A stretch of DNA of 64,000 bases from Octopus vulgaris (GCA_951406725.2 OX597822.1:37138001-37202000), one strand, 5' to 3'. Positions 38,006-51,966 are shown, numbered from the stretch's first letter. Notes: generated by a model not told the origin, from the sequence alone. Numbers and translations are program-made.

Positions 38006-38982
38006 TTTCATTTCATCCCTCCACAGTCCAAGCTCAAAATGTTGCTGGGGATTAACTTTTCCTATCATCCTTCATGGGTTGATGAAAAACCTTTACCAGA
38101 ATTATTGTAGGTGGCAGGGCTGGTTTGGTGCGTGGGTGATATTTTATGGGATTAAATCAAATGGATTATGTCCCCTTTTTTCCTTTTCCTCCCACTAGAA
38201 AAATTGGCTTGGGAACCTCCTTGTCAAAATAAATCATATTTCTATGGTAAATGGGCTGAAATGGGTAAATGTGATGAATGTGTGTGTGTGTGAAGGAATG
38301 TTGTATGTATGTTTACACACTGAAACACATACACTCACACTGAAGGTTGTTTGGCAATAAAATCTTGTGAAAAGAAATTTCTTGTTCCATTGTTTCTTTT
38401 TTATCACATTTTCCTTTATCTGAGTAAAGTCTTGGCTTTGCAACAATTTCTCATATACAGAGATGTATGGCTTAGTGGATAAGGTGTTTGACTCATGATT
38501 GTAATTTCACGTTACTCTGGTCCTTTCAGCCGATACAAATAGGTGATCCTACAAAAGGGTGAGTATATATGCCACAGAAACCAGAAAATCAGCCCTATGA
38601 GACTTGGGAAGGATATTCACCTAAGATTCTGTTTTCATGTTTTAGATTCAACCAGAGGTGGAACTTAAGTACCCTGTCACATTGTGCAGCATATTGATTT
38701 CTGTTTTATTTTTTTGTCGAACATCTTTTGTTATGAAGACAGGTTTTATAATTCTGATGGTGATACAGCTTCACAGTCAACCACTTCAATCTCAGCTGTA
38801 TAAAGTGATTGTAGATATGGCCTAGCCTCCTCTTCAAACTTCTCTTATTCTGAATATCTTTTACTTGTTAAAGTCACTGGACTGTGGCTGTGCTGGGTCA
38901 CCCCCTTTAAGTTGTTTTAGTTGAACGAATCAATACAAGTACCATTTTTTTTCCAAATGTGGTACTTATTCTATTGGTTTCT

Positions 38983-39281
38983 TATCAACCACCTCACCAA
39001 TAACAACACTGAAAACCTTTTTGATCTCCATGTGTCCAACACACGTGGACATGCCTACAAAGTCAGAAAACAACACAGCTCCCATGACTTTCGGAAACAT
39101 TTTTTCACGCTCAGAGTTGCTGAAGCATGGAACAAACTGCCTGCGTCAGTTGTTGACTGCCATGACACTGCATTCTTTAAGGCCCTTATGCTTTCCGAAA
39201 TCCGCCGAAACTACACCTGATTATACATACACTTTAGATGAGTTGTAGTGCACCTGAGCACTACACAATGTTTTATTATTA
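38983..39281 (+). mobile_element. CR1/L2-clade LINE 3' end inserted into a SINE-A tail
   Basis: NTRGHAYKVRKQHSSHDFRKHFFTLRVAEAWNKLP is the classic TRGH...FF..RV...WN.LP ORF2 end. SINE tail sequence lies on both sides. Other copies at about 2390-2430, 40612-40700, 51800-51945. Confidence 0.9.
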
Positions 39282-41923
39282 TGTAGGACTGCTAAGTTAC
39301 AGGGACATAAACCAACACTGGTTGTCAAGCAGTGATGGGGGACAAACACTAATGCAAAAACCATGTACACAAATACACACACACACATATACATATATGA
39401 GCTTTCAGTTTCTGTCTATCAGAACCTCTTACGGTTTTGGCTATCCTGATGCTATATAGAAGACACTTGCCCAAGGTTATGTGCATGGGGACAACCTGGA
39501 ACCGTGTGGTTGGAGAGCAAACTTAACACCCAGCCATGTCTAAGCTTTTTTTTTTTCTGGAGTTGTTCTTTGGCAAATCACTTGGATCTGTGCATGCCCC
39601 ATCTGCCCTGATATGGAGTTAAAACAAGTCATGACACATTTTAGCAATCTAAGGGGAGATAATCCCAAAACAAAAAAAAATCACTACCCATTTAATAATA
39701 GAATTAGTTTCTTCTGGTCATTGGCACAAGTTCACTGCATGTGAATGTGTGTCAATAGCCAAGTTACAGGGGTATGATGAAATTTTCTGACAGTTCATAA
39801 TAGGCAGAACTAGTTCAAAATAGACATAAAATGAAAAAGAATAATAGGAGTGGCTGTGTGGTAAGTAGCTTGCTTACCAACCACATGTTTCCAGGTTCAG
39901 TCCCACTGCGTGGCACCTTGGGCGAGTGTCTTTTATTACAGCCTCAGGCCAACCAAAGTCTTATGAGTGGATTTGGTAGATGGAAACTGAATGAAGCCTG
40001 TCGTATGGTATGTTTGTGATAGGATAAGTACTAGGCCTACAAAGAATAAGACTTGGGGTCGATTTGTTCAACTAAAGGTGGTGCTCCAGCATGTCCACAG
40101 TCAAATGACTGAAACAGATAAAAAAAAAATTGAATGCGGTGGATTTTAAAAAGCTGAAATGACTCTTCTGTGATGTAATTTCAGTTTTTCATATATTTTT
40201 AAAAATATATCCACTGTCTTAATCTGAAATTGCAAATAAGATTATTACTATAGTAGTTCCTACTGATCATTCCCACCCTCTCATCTATATTTCAACAGAT
40301 AAATGATAAGAAACTTTTAGGGAAATGAACACACCAAAACACCTAGAACAAAGGAGTTCTGTTTCCCCAAAGACTTTTTTCAATTTGTTCTTCTTCAGTG
40401 ATCTGCATTTTTTATCTATTTGTTGTTTAATCCAACATGTGATAATTGGAAGCAAATGCACTCTGCCAAAAGGAATTTGACATTTTATAATATCTTACTG
40501 TAAGTCAACAACTGAAGGTAAAAAATACTGAAAAATTGTTTTGAATAACATGAGAATAGATTAAATTTGACTCTTGTCAAATCAAAGTTCTGCTAATATC
40601 ACATTGTCTTTAATAATAATTGTGTACAGTGCTCAGGTGCACTACAACAAAGTGTATATATAATTAGGTGTAGTTTCGGCGGATTTCGGAAAGCATGAGG
40701 AAAAGGTTATTAATAACATTGAGTTTGCTGAATCAAAATGATTTTTTTTAAATGTCAGTGGAGAAAGGGCTGCAACCATGAAGTTTCTTCTAGTTTTCTA
40801 AGACTGGTAGGAGCAAAACATTAAACTCCATCCAGGAGTGAGACTCCAGCTCAGGAGTTTTGGGAGAAGATGAAGTTACCCCTTAGTCACCACTACTCCC
40901 AGATTTACTCTAGCCTGAGTTGTTAGTCAAGGGCTCCAGTTATTGGTGAGATCATGGGAGATAGTCATGTGATTAATGTATAAGACTGAGTACAACTGGC
41001 CCTAGAAATGTGTCATATGGACCCACTGGTATGTGGGCAAGCCTTGATGTTACATAAACCGGTGCCACTGTCTAAGGCTTAAACAGGCACTCTGCTTGAA
41101 GGGTAAGCTTGAGAAACACTGGCAAAGGTCAGCTCTGACCTTGCATATTTATGATCAAATGCATTCCACTCATGACCAAACTATCTTTTATTGAAAGGGT
41201 GCCTTGTAAAAGCACCCATGCAGCGCCATGTAAAAGTACCCATAAAAGCATCCAGCACACACTGTAAAGTGGTTGATGTTAGGAAGGGCATCCAGCCTTA
41301 GAAACCATGCCAAATCACACTGGTGTCTTGTGAAGCTCCCCGACTTACCAGCATGGACAATGGACATTAAGTGATGACGATATATCCAAACCTATATCCA
41401 ATGTAGTTTTCCTTTATCACAATGGTAGGGTGTCATTTGGTTGAGATCTTTAGCAGGCTGAATAATTACAAAGAGGTTCACTTCTTAGCTTGGTAAGATG
41501 TGGTTGCAATTTGCAATAGGTCAAATGAACCTGAAGCTCATAATGTTTATTTTGAGATGAGCCTTTATCCAGCAGACCTATCATCAAAGATGTTTTAATA
41601 GTGACCATCCCATCTTTTATTCAGAAATCTATCTAAAACTGGTCTTTCCCTTGGAGGACAGTGATAATGTGGAAAAGATAGACTTACGTGAATGGGCAAG
41701 TACCAGTCTTCCACAATAAAGCCTTGCCTAGGCCTGTGCATGAAGACACAGATAAAGAAGCAACCATGTCCAACAGGGGTTGATGTATCTAGGACTATAT
41801 AATCCAGTATGTCTTTTCAAAAGATGCTTGGAGTGTGATTTGAGGAAGACAACAACTATTTCTAGCAGATCAAGTGGCTTAAAGACCTCTTGTACTGGTT
41901 CAAGCATGTAGTTATTGACTGTT

Positions 41924-41977
<54 letters not shown>

Positions 41978-44900
41978 ATTGTCATCATCATTCAATATCT
42001 GTGTCCTATGCTGGTGTATGTGTGTGTATTAAACAGTGTGTGTTTGTGTGTGTGTATTAAATGATTCTGGCAGCTTACTTAGTAGCATTCCAATATATAA
42101 CAGGATACTCAAAAAGAATACATAAATACTTGCAATCAATTAACCAGTCAATATAGCAGTCTCTGCGACACTAAACTGATGTATAATGATCTTTAGTATC
42201 CTGTAAATCCATTTACATAACATCAAAACACTGCACATATTATTGGTGTATATTATAGGAAAAGAACAAGAATGGGTACCTCAGATTTTTGCTATATGCA
42301 TTTCCTTAAGCATAGTCATTTATTCAATAATGAATAATGTCGGCTTCAAATTTTGGCACAATGCCAGCAATTTGGGGGTAGGAAGCCAGTCAATTATATT
42401 GAACCCAGTGCTCAACCAGTACTTATTTTATAGACACCCAAAAGGATGAACGGCAAAGTTGACCTTGGCGGAATTTGAACTCAGAACATAAAGACAGGAA
42501 TTGCTGCTCAGTGTTTTGGCCAGCATGCTAGCGATTCTGTCAGCTCGCTACCTTCAGTAATGCATAATATTACATGATATTATGTGACCATACCATTTCA
42601 TCAGGCAATATTGAGCCTTTTAAGGGGAAAATGAAACTCTGAAGAAATGCAATGTGTGTATAAGTGACACAGAGTATAAATGTTCAGAGTGAAAAAGTAA
42701 ACATAAGAAGAATTAGATGTGCTGTGCAAGAAAGAAGACTGTGCTTGTAAGGACATATGAAGCATATGGACGTGGACAGATTTATAAAGAAGTGTTAATC
42801 ACTGAATGTAGCTGGTGCTTGTGGATGAGGGAAACCCTTGAAAATATAAGATAAGTGGTAAACATTGACCTCAAGATCTTGAGCCTCACAGATGAGAGGA
42901 TGAACCTGGTTGTCTGGTGATATCTATCCCCAAGAAGTTCCATCCATCATTGCAAAACTAACTTCTGGAATTATTGTGTGTGCTTATATTATATATATGT
43001 GTACAATTGGGCACTTTCCCCAGTCCCTTCTTTCATATCACAAACCCCACATCTCTCCCATTGTCTCCCACTACTCCTGATACCAGTTTTTCTTCCTTGT
43101 TATCTAGAACTTGTTAGCCATTCTACATCCATTAATGTTGTTCTCTACACCCACAACTTACACTGATCATCCCTTCCCCCCTCCCACATTGGACTGTCAA
43201 ATTTTCAAATTATATATATGTGTATATATATCATCATCATCATTATCGTCATTATCACATTTACATTTAATGTTCAGTTTTCCATGCTTATGTGGGTCAG
43301 ATGGAAGTTACTGAAGCATATTTTCTACAGCTGGATGCCCTTCCTGTCACTAACACTTACCCATTTCCAAGCAAACTAATATTTCTCATGACCAGACATG
43401 TTTTCTGCAGCAGACTGGAAATGAACATTATTGCTTGTATTACGCTGATACTCTACAGCCAGCCCATGATGTCAGGATAATGGCACACACAAACACACAC
43501 ACACACCGCCACCACCACCACCACCACCACAACCACTGTCATGTACTTACATGCCACATGTGCACACACAACACACATACATATATATACATGCATTTAT
43601 ATTATGTAGCAGGGTTAAAATCCAAGCTGTGTCCTCTTGAAGCACATCTACTTATTTCAGTATTGCAAATACTTCTATAGATGTTATATTTATGTGAGGT
43701 ATACACAAGAGTTGAAAATACTTGAAAATATTTTCTCTTGAATGATAATATCAAAACAAGAGATTGGAAAACTTTTAAATAACTCCCTTCATTGGACACT
43801 AAACTCTGCTTGTGAAGACCTGATGGGGCAAGTGAAATCGGAATCGAAATTGAACCAATCCTATGACTGGCACCCGGCAGTTACCAGTGCTGCTGGACTG
43901 ACTCCTGTGCAGGTGGCTAGTAAAGAAACACTGTTTCGACCCTGTGCTTGAGGAGACCTATTGAGTCAAGTACATCAACATCAAAAATTAATGGAAATTG
44001 TAGTTATGATCCCTGTGCCAGTGGCACATAAAAAGCACCATCCGAACATGGCCGGTGCCAGCGCCGCCACGACTGGCCTCCATGCCGGTGGCACGTAAAA
44101 AGCATCCACTACACTCATAGAGTGGTTGGTGTTAGGAAGGGCATCCAGCTGTAGAAACACTGCCAGATCAGACTGGAGCCTGGTGCAGCCTTCTGACTTC
44201 CCAGATCCTGGTCGAACCGTCCAACCCATGCTAGCATGGAAAATGGACGTTAAACGATGATGATGATGATGATGACCAAAGATTTTTGCAATCTCTTGTT
44301 TTGATACATACACTTGTGATTTGTGTGTGTGTGTATGTGTGTGTGTCAGATATATGTTAGTGACAGATGCAATAAATGCAGTGTTTATCATTATTGATAG
44401 CAGATTATTTAAATTTTGTGGGACAGTGTGATAAACACCAAATTAATCAACAGAAGGAAAAAGTTATTTCTTAGATTTTATTTATCCATCACAATTTGTT
44501 GTTAGGAATAGTAAACAAAGGATGTAGCAGTCTGCTGTTTTACAATGGTAAGAGGATCTTAGTAACAAGGCTTGTGTCAGTTGTAGAGGCTAGGAAGAAA
44601 ATGGCTCGCTGGAAAGAGAAAGACATGTAGGGTCTAAGAGCAGGAATGAATTGTCCTAAAATATTCAGAGAGGGTTTGAATTTGTACATGTTTGGAAGCT
44701 GAAAGTAGGTTAGGAGAACAAAGAAAAGTGAATGCATTTAACTATGTCAAACTAAACATAACTTAAGATGTTCAAGAAAATAATATGACTTATCTAAGTC
44801 TGACAATTGACTCTTGTTAATTTCAAAGAACAACTACTGAGAACAATGGAAAGGAGCTTATAGAAGATTCTAGACTAAGGTTCCAATTACTCACTAAAAA

Positions 44901-46385
44901 TCCAGGATAATGATCCATTTCATACACACACATGTGAAAGTACACAGACTAGTGGTTAGGTATGTTGCACTCATGATTGTAAGATTGTGGTTTCAATTCC
45001 CAGACTGGCTGCACGTTGTGATCTTGAGCAAAACATTTCATTTCAAGTTACTCCATTCCACTCAGCAGTAAATAAATCACCTAGTAATGGAATAGCCTAC
45101 CAATTAGGGGGAATGTTGGCCTGGTCACCTTGCCAGTAGGGGTGGGGCATTATTTGAAACCTAAAATAAAGCAAATCGCATTGTGACCAGTGATGTATAA
45201 CAGCATGTGATGGTCAAGTTCATCATGTGATTGATATATATATATATATATATATATATCAATAGCTCTGTTTATATAGAATGATAATTTAATACTTTTC
45301 TGAATTTTGATTATATTTTACCTATAAAGGTGTAAACTTGCTAGCCACTTTATTATTATCATTATTATTATTAATAATAGTAATGATACCTATTAGGTGC
45401 AGGAGTGGCTGTGTGGTAAGTAGTTTGCTTGGCAACCACATGTTTCAGGGTTCAGTCCCACTGCATGGCACCTTGGGCAAGTGTCTTCTAATATAGCCTT
45501 GGGTTGGCCAAAGCCTTGTGAGTAGATTTGGTAGACGGAAACTGAAGACCATCATGTGTGTGTGTATGTCCTAGGGTTGATTTGCTCGAGAAAAGGCAGT
45601 GCTCCAGCATGGCCACAGTCAAATGACTGAAACAAGTAAAAGAATAAAAGAATATATAGATCGCTAGCCACTATACATTCTTTATTTTCTCTCCTTGTTT
45701 CTTTCTATGTTCCTTTCTGTGGAAGAGCATAGGCTCGAAACATTAAAGACTTTTTCACTTCCTGAGTGTTAGACTAATACATCTATTTGTTGTCTACACC
45801 GCCTGTCTTCATCTTTTGTTTTTTTGTGAATTCTCTCTCTATATATATACACACACACACACAAACTTCCACATACTTCTATGGATACATACATACATAT
45901 ATGCACACATGCATACACACACACATATATATGGCAGATTTCTTTCAGTTTCTGTCTACCAAATCCACTCACAAGTCTTTAGTCAACCTGAAGTGATAGT
46001 AGAAGACACCTGCTCAAGGTGTTGTACACTGAGACTAAACCAGAGACCACATGATTAGGAAGCAAGCTTCTTAACCACACAACCCCACCTGCATCTTATG
46101 GACAAATAACAATGGCAGAATAATTGAATTGAATACAATTTAGCTCAATTTGGACTCCTGCTGTTTGAACTTATTTACCAGGAATCTCAATTTAACTCTA
46201 TTTTTGCAACTTTTTTTTTTCTAAACCAATTCTATTTTCTTTGTAGATTTTTTTTCTTCCATATCGATTTATTGATCCAATTGTCATCATCCCTCACTCT
46301 CTTTTCTTTCATCTGTTACATTACGATCCTGTTCTATTCTGAATTAACTCAACCAAGAACTGTTTTTCTTATCTTAGGAGTACCC

Positions 46386-46574
46386 CTGTAGTTATCTCCC
46401 CTGTCTGTCCATTGTAGAAGTTACAAACATCGCCGTCCTCTTAATTACCAGAGATCCCAAGGGAACTTTTATTGAAATTACAAATGTAGAAAAACGACGT
46501 CGGTTAAATTAAAACCAACTATTCTTCTTCATCTATTCACACCTCTGTCTCTTTTCATGTTCGTTCTGTGAGTA
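46386..46574 (+). promoter_or_regulatory. Conserved promoter / non-coding first-exon cassette, copy 2; splice donor GTGAGT at 46568
   Basis: Paralogous to 8351-8603. Lies in a CpG-retaining island (about 46260-48400), 2.5 kb upstream of the ZNF-2 acceptor. Confidence 0.75.
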
Positions 46575-47946
46575 TTTAATTTTTTTTATTTAATCTTGTT
46601 GACAAACATTTGTTCTCCTTACACTAAACTCGGGTTTCCTTGCTTTTGGATTTTACGTCATCTTTTGTCTTCCAAAGTGATAAAATCGATCGGTGAAATA
46701 ATTTTACAGTTTTGTTACTTGAAAGTGTCACATTATATATGTATATGTATATATTACGTGTGCGTATACATGTGAGTGTGTGACCGACACTCACAAAAAC
46801 CCGGCGAGTATCACTGAACATTAGACGGCATTCTTTCGATATAACTCGACAAAATCAAAAGATTTCACTTCGGGTATTTCCATGGGCTGTGGAATATAGA
46901 TATAACGAAGTTATGCCAGCAATGTCTCATTTTAAACTTGAAGAAAAAAAGCCTTGCATATCTGTTCTTACATGTTTCATGTGTGTATGTAAAATCCGCA
47001 AATTTCTAAACAGAAAACAGAATCAAACTGTCATTTGCTTCCACGGAAATACTGACTAAATATAATGAATTAATAATGATAAAGACCTTTCTTGTGAACT
47101 GAATATTTACGTTTTTAATCCTAAGAATATCTCCTGGGTCTTTTTTGTTTTCTTCCAACCATAGATCTTTATCTGAAAATTTTTGAGAAATTCATTAAAT
47201 AGATTGTTTAAATGATGACTGTAATATTATGTGGTTAATATAGAGTTTAAGCCCCGGTCGCGAAAACAAGACAAGAACCAGCCGACTAGGTGTAAAAAAA
47301 TGTGTTGAAAACATATTTGAAAATATGTTTTGTGACTGGTATGGTTTTTATTCCAACCTAGAGAAAGTGGGTAAAAAACACCTTTCTGCTATTTTCACAA
47401 ATATAGCAAACATTTTCACGATGACATGCTAAAATGTCTCTCTCTGTCGTTCTAACATCTATTTTCCAAAAAGAAGCATCAACATGCTGGAAAAAAAGCA
47501 GCTAAATCACAACATCTTTAACAGAAAAAAGGGGGAAAAATCGATGATGACCATTCACGGGTGAAGTCCGACCTGTCGCTTAATAACAAGCATATAGTTT
47601 ATCATGGTATAATAATATGTAATTCACGAAAGTGGGTCAGTTGCTTGCTTGACCATCATAAATGAAGAAAGGATATATAAGATAACGTTATCTTATCACT
47701 ACGTATCGAAGGGAAAACAGATGGGATGGTCACAACTCGGGTGTCTTTGAATATAGGTCTCTCGTACGACTGTTATAAGAACAATAAGCATGTAAACAAA
47801 TACACTCCATTGATACATCGGAACAGTTGTAATTACAAAGTACCTTTCAAAATGTTAATCTCTGTTTGATCTGATCGAGAGCAATGCAATACAGTGCATT
47901 CCTACATAATGCCGGTCACCCAGCTGTAGCTATGTACACACCCACT

Positions 47947-48090
47947 CAGTTACGTAGCAGGGACGGGGCTGGTCCGGCCCAGGCGATGCACTCATGGGAG
48001 CGGCACTTTTTGGGTTGTTGTATAAGCCTGTATGGAAAGACGGCAAACTCAAGGCCTGCCCCGACGACACGTGCTCTAGCTACACCACTG
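47947..48090. mobile_element. Small GC-rich hAT-type MITE
   Basis: TIRs CAGTTACGTAGC / GCTACACCACTG. 8-bp flanks CACCCACT / CACCCATA. Confidence 0.65.
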
Positions 48091-49072
48091 CACCCATATA
48101 CATAACACGAGCCAACGAGAACCTCTTTGTGGTAACTCATCTTGCCAAATATCTCAGATCAGACACAACTACCTTATAAAAAGGGAGGCGGGGTATTTCG
48201 AATTCATTGTCCAATAGTCTCAGATAAACTATATTTGATGGTTACAGTGAGAATACTTTTGAATATAGATCTGCTCAACCAAAGCTAACTAAACAATGAC
48301 AACATACGTAAGTTGTATAGGAAAACACTCTCTTTTACTCTCGTTTCAGTCATTTGACTGCGGCCATGCTGGAACACCGCCTTTAGTCGAGCAAATCGAC
48401 CCCAGGACTTATTCTTTGTAAGCCCAGTACTAATTCCATCGGTCTCTTTGCCGAACAGCTAAGTTACGGGAACGTAAACACACCAGCATCGGTTGTCAAG
48501 TGATGTTGGGGGGACAAACACAGACATACATATATATATATATATATATGACGGGCTTTTTTCAGTTTCTGTCTACCAAACCTACTCACAAAGCTTTGGT
48601 CGGCCAGAGGCTATAGTAGAAGACACTTGCCCAAGGTGTCACACAGAGGGACTGAGCCCAGAACCATGTGGCTGGTAAGCAAGCTACTTACCACACAGCC
48701 ACTCCTGCGCCTCACTGCATATTATTTAATGCCTTTCTCTTTTTTTAATATAAGGTGTGATTTAAGGGATTTTTTGCTGCTATTTCTAGCAGTCGAGTGA
48801 CTATGTAGAGGCTCGCTTGTTTCTTAATCTTTTTTACTATTGTGAGACAGAGATACCAGTCATATTCGGAGGATTTTGTCAATATGATATCTATCATTGT
48901 CTATTTCATTTCAACATGTTTTCAAGTATTTTTTAGGGTTCCAAGGTGCCACTTTACTTTGTAATTGGTAGTTGTCAAAATTAGCTTGATAACAAATTTA
49001 TTATCTGTATTGTAATAGTTTATTGTCAACAGTCTTACGATGATGACTTTATTTGTTTGTCTTCTTTTGTAG

Positions 49073-49361
49073 GAATTAAGAATGGACATTGAATCACAGA
49101 TTGAAGAGGTATCAAAGTACAATGTTGTCTTTCTTTGAGTAAGTTTTAAATTCTTAGTGTGTACTGTACACTCAATGAATATATGTGTGATTCTAAGTGA
49201 CTCACATTTCTGAGTTTACTTCATGGAAAGCATCTAAGTGGTAACTGAACAAGTGTGAAAGTTAAAGAAACATGTCCTCAAAATATTTTGTCCAAATCCA
49301 CAGTTATTCAGATTTTCAGTAATTTTGCTGACTTCCATAACTGGTCATCCTCCATAGGGAA
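49073..49361 (+). other. Putative 5' UTR part of the ZNF-2 terminal exon (acceptor AG at 49071-49072)
   Basis: Strong pyrimidine tract TTTGTTTGTCTTCTTTTGTAG|GAA. Confidence 0.6.
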
Positions 49362-50459
49362 ATGTGTGATACAATATCATCACCAAATAAGGACTTTTCA
49401 GTTCATCAACAGAATCATAATACAGAAAGATTATTTCGTTGTGAAATATGTGATAAAATATTCTCTCTGAAAAGGTCTTACCTCCATCACAAACACAGCC
49501 ATTTGAAAGAAAAGACATTCTCTTGTGAGATTTGTGATAAAAGATTTGTCTGGAAGAGCCAGTTGTCCTACCACATACGTGCTCATACAGGGGAGAAGCC
49601 TTACACTTGTGAAATTTGTGATAAAGCATTTGCTCGCAAGAGCAAATTGGCCATTCATGAGCGTATTCACACAGGTGAGAAACCTTACCATTGTGAAATT
49701 TGTAATAAAACTTTCTCTGAAAATAGTTCATTAAATTCTCACCAACATGTTCACACAGGGGAGAAGCCATACCATTGTGAAATTTGTGGGAAAAGATTCT
49801 TTCGAAACGGTCACTTATCTATTCATGTGCGGACACACACGGGAGAAAGGCCATACAGTTGTGACATTTGTGCTAAATCATTCTCTAGAAAAAGTGGCTT
49901 GTCTGCCCACAAATTAACCCACAGTGGGGAGAAACCCTACCATTGTGAAACATGCGGGAAAGTATTTGCTAACAATTACAATTTGATGAGGCACAAACTG
50001 ACCCATACTGGAATAAAACCACATCGTTGTGAGATTTGTGGAAAAGAATTCTATCGAAATAATCACTTATCTATTCATGTACGAATTCACACTGGCGAAA
50101 AACCATATGTATGTGAAATCTGTGGTAGAGCATTCTCAGACAAAAGTGGGTTTCGTGGTCACAAATTTACTCACGTTGCTAACAAACCTTTCCCCTGTAC
50201 AATATGTGGTAAGTCGTTTTCACAAAACCGTCTGCTACTTTCCCACACACTAATTCATACTGGCGAAAAGCCATTCCGTTGTGATATTTGTGATAAGGCA
50301 TTTTCTCGTAAAAAGACTTTATCTAACCATAGACGTATTCATACAGAAGAGAAATCCTACAGTTGTGAAATTTGTGGACAGAAATTCTTCCTCTATGACG
50401 GCTTTTGTCACCATAAAAAAACACATACTGATTGGAATCAGGTAGAATGTGGATTTTGA
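49362..50459 (+). CDS. Tandem C2H2 zinc-finger protein (ZNF-2), 365 aa, 12 fingers, no effector domain
   Basis: Intact ORF with 12 CxxC..HxxxH repeats and TGEKP linkers. In-frame TAA at 49338 upstream of the ATG. Confidence 0.93.
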   Translation: MCDTISSPNKDFSVHQQNHNTERLFRCEICDKIFSLKRSYLHHKHSHLKEKTFSCEICDKRFVWKSQLSYHIRAHTGEKPYTCEICDKAFARKSKLAIHERIHTGEKPYHCEICNKTFSENSSLNSHQHVHTGEKPYHCEICGKRFFRNGHLSIHVRTHTGERPYSCDICAKSFSRKSGLSAHKLTHSGEKPYHCETCGKVFANNYNLMRHKLTHTGIKPHRCEICGKEFYRNNHLSIHVRIHTGEKPYVCEICGRAFSDKSGFRGHKFTHVANKPFPCTICGKSFSQNRLLLSHTLIHTGEKPFRCDICDKAFSRKKTLSNHRRIHTEEKSYSCEICGQKFFLYDGFCHHKKTHTDWNQVECGF

Positions 50460-51389
50460 GGTAAGTTGCTTTAAGGTAGGGAACCTTAAATTGGTTCCAA
50501 TCTTTGCTGAGATGTAATTTCAAGAACACTGACCCCTATCAACTTAATAAGGAATGGTTCAGTGCCAAAATAACATCACATTAGAAATAATAGTAAAGAA
50601 GAAAAAAAGAAAGGAAAAAAGTAATGGAAAACATTCAAATGTTAAGACACACTGTACCTTCTTTTGTAAACACAGGAAAGAAAAATATAACATCTAAATA
50701 TATTTGATTTGTGAACGATAATGCTGCCATAGATAAAATGATAACAGAATCCTCCAAATCAGTGAAGAGATGAAAGTTTGCTTGGTTGACAAATTTAATA
50801 TTTTCCAACAGAAAACAGTTGATTACATATTATGAAAATGATAATAAAAATTATCAGAAAGACTAGATAACTTTACAAACAGGCTGATAAAACTCTAGCA
50901 GCTGCCACAGGAAGAAGCCTCTGTGTAGTTACTTATCTTTTAGAAATAGCAATGCAAATCTCTTTCAATTCACACTGTTGTCCTTATAAAAGAGGGGATT
51001 AATGTAGTCTTAAACTACAATCTGACCGTGGAAGGAATACTCTTCAACTAAATGTATACCATGAGCTAGTGAAAAAAAAAATCTCTGCTCACTTGACCAG
51101 CTAGAAATAACAGTTAAATTACACCTTGCCATCTAAATAAAAGGATGACTCATTATTTTGCTGTTGTCCTAGATATATTATGTCTGAAAAAATATATAGG
51201 ATATTGATCACAGCTGATATTCTTTTGAACTAGGGAAGTGATCTGTAAATCATGTAACTAAAAATATCCAATGATATAGTAGATTTGTTGATATATTATG
51301 TAAAGCATTCTTGAGTAATGCTTAAAATGTATTTTAATGATCATACATAACTGTATACATGTATATAAATACATACATATGTCTATGTA

Positions 51390-51680
51390 TAATCATATTT
51401 CACATGTTCGTGTACATTCAGACATAGGACAACATGTTGCTCATGTCTTGAGTGAAGAAATTCTCCTTGTAGACTATGAATGTCTTCACTGAACCATAAG
51501 ACACCTACATTTTGGCATTATACTTCACTAGCTATGTATACTGAGCTCAGTATACATAGTTGGCCTAATGGTGTGCTTACACTCATATTATCTAAAAGGA
51601 GAATTTCTTCTCTGATGACAACTTGTACAACATATTATCTTTTCATATCCAAATGTACATGAACATGTTAAATATGACTG
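51390..51680. repeat. ~290 bp imperfect palindrome with a perfect 28-bp core; possible inverted Penelope-like pLTR
   Basis: Perfect core CTATGTATACTGAGCTCAGTATACATAG at 51532-51559. Paired blocks GAAGAAATTCTCCTT/AAGGAGAATTTCTTC and ACATGTTCGTGTACATT/AATGTACATGAACATGT. Confidence 0.75.
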
Positions 51681-51766
51681 ATATGACTATTACATATCTA
51701 TATTTCATTCAACACAGCTTGGTTTGCCTCTGATTAATATATATTTGTTATGTACCTCTAGCCAGC

Positions 51767-51966
51767 AGGTCTGATGAGTCACTAATATTGCTAAGTGCGT
51801 AATAATAATAATAAATAAATTATTATGTATAGTGCTCAGGTGCACTACAACTCATCGAAGTGGCATGTACAGTACATAGAATTGTACAAAAGTCAGGAAA
51901 GTCAACAGTACGAGTCATGATATACATGTGTGCATGCATATGGAGGTGTGAAACCAATGGTAACTT
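51767..51966 (+). ncRNA. Hammerhead ribozyme motif split by a CR1-type LINE tail (about 51800-51945, minus)
   Basis: AGGT-CTGATGA-GTCACT..AGTGC [LINE] GAAA-CCAATGG-TA-ACTT. Confidence 0.55.
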
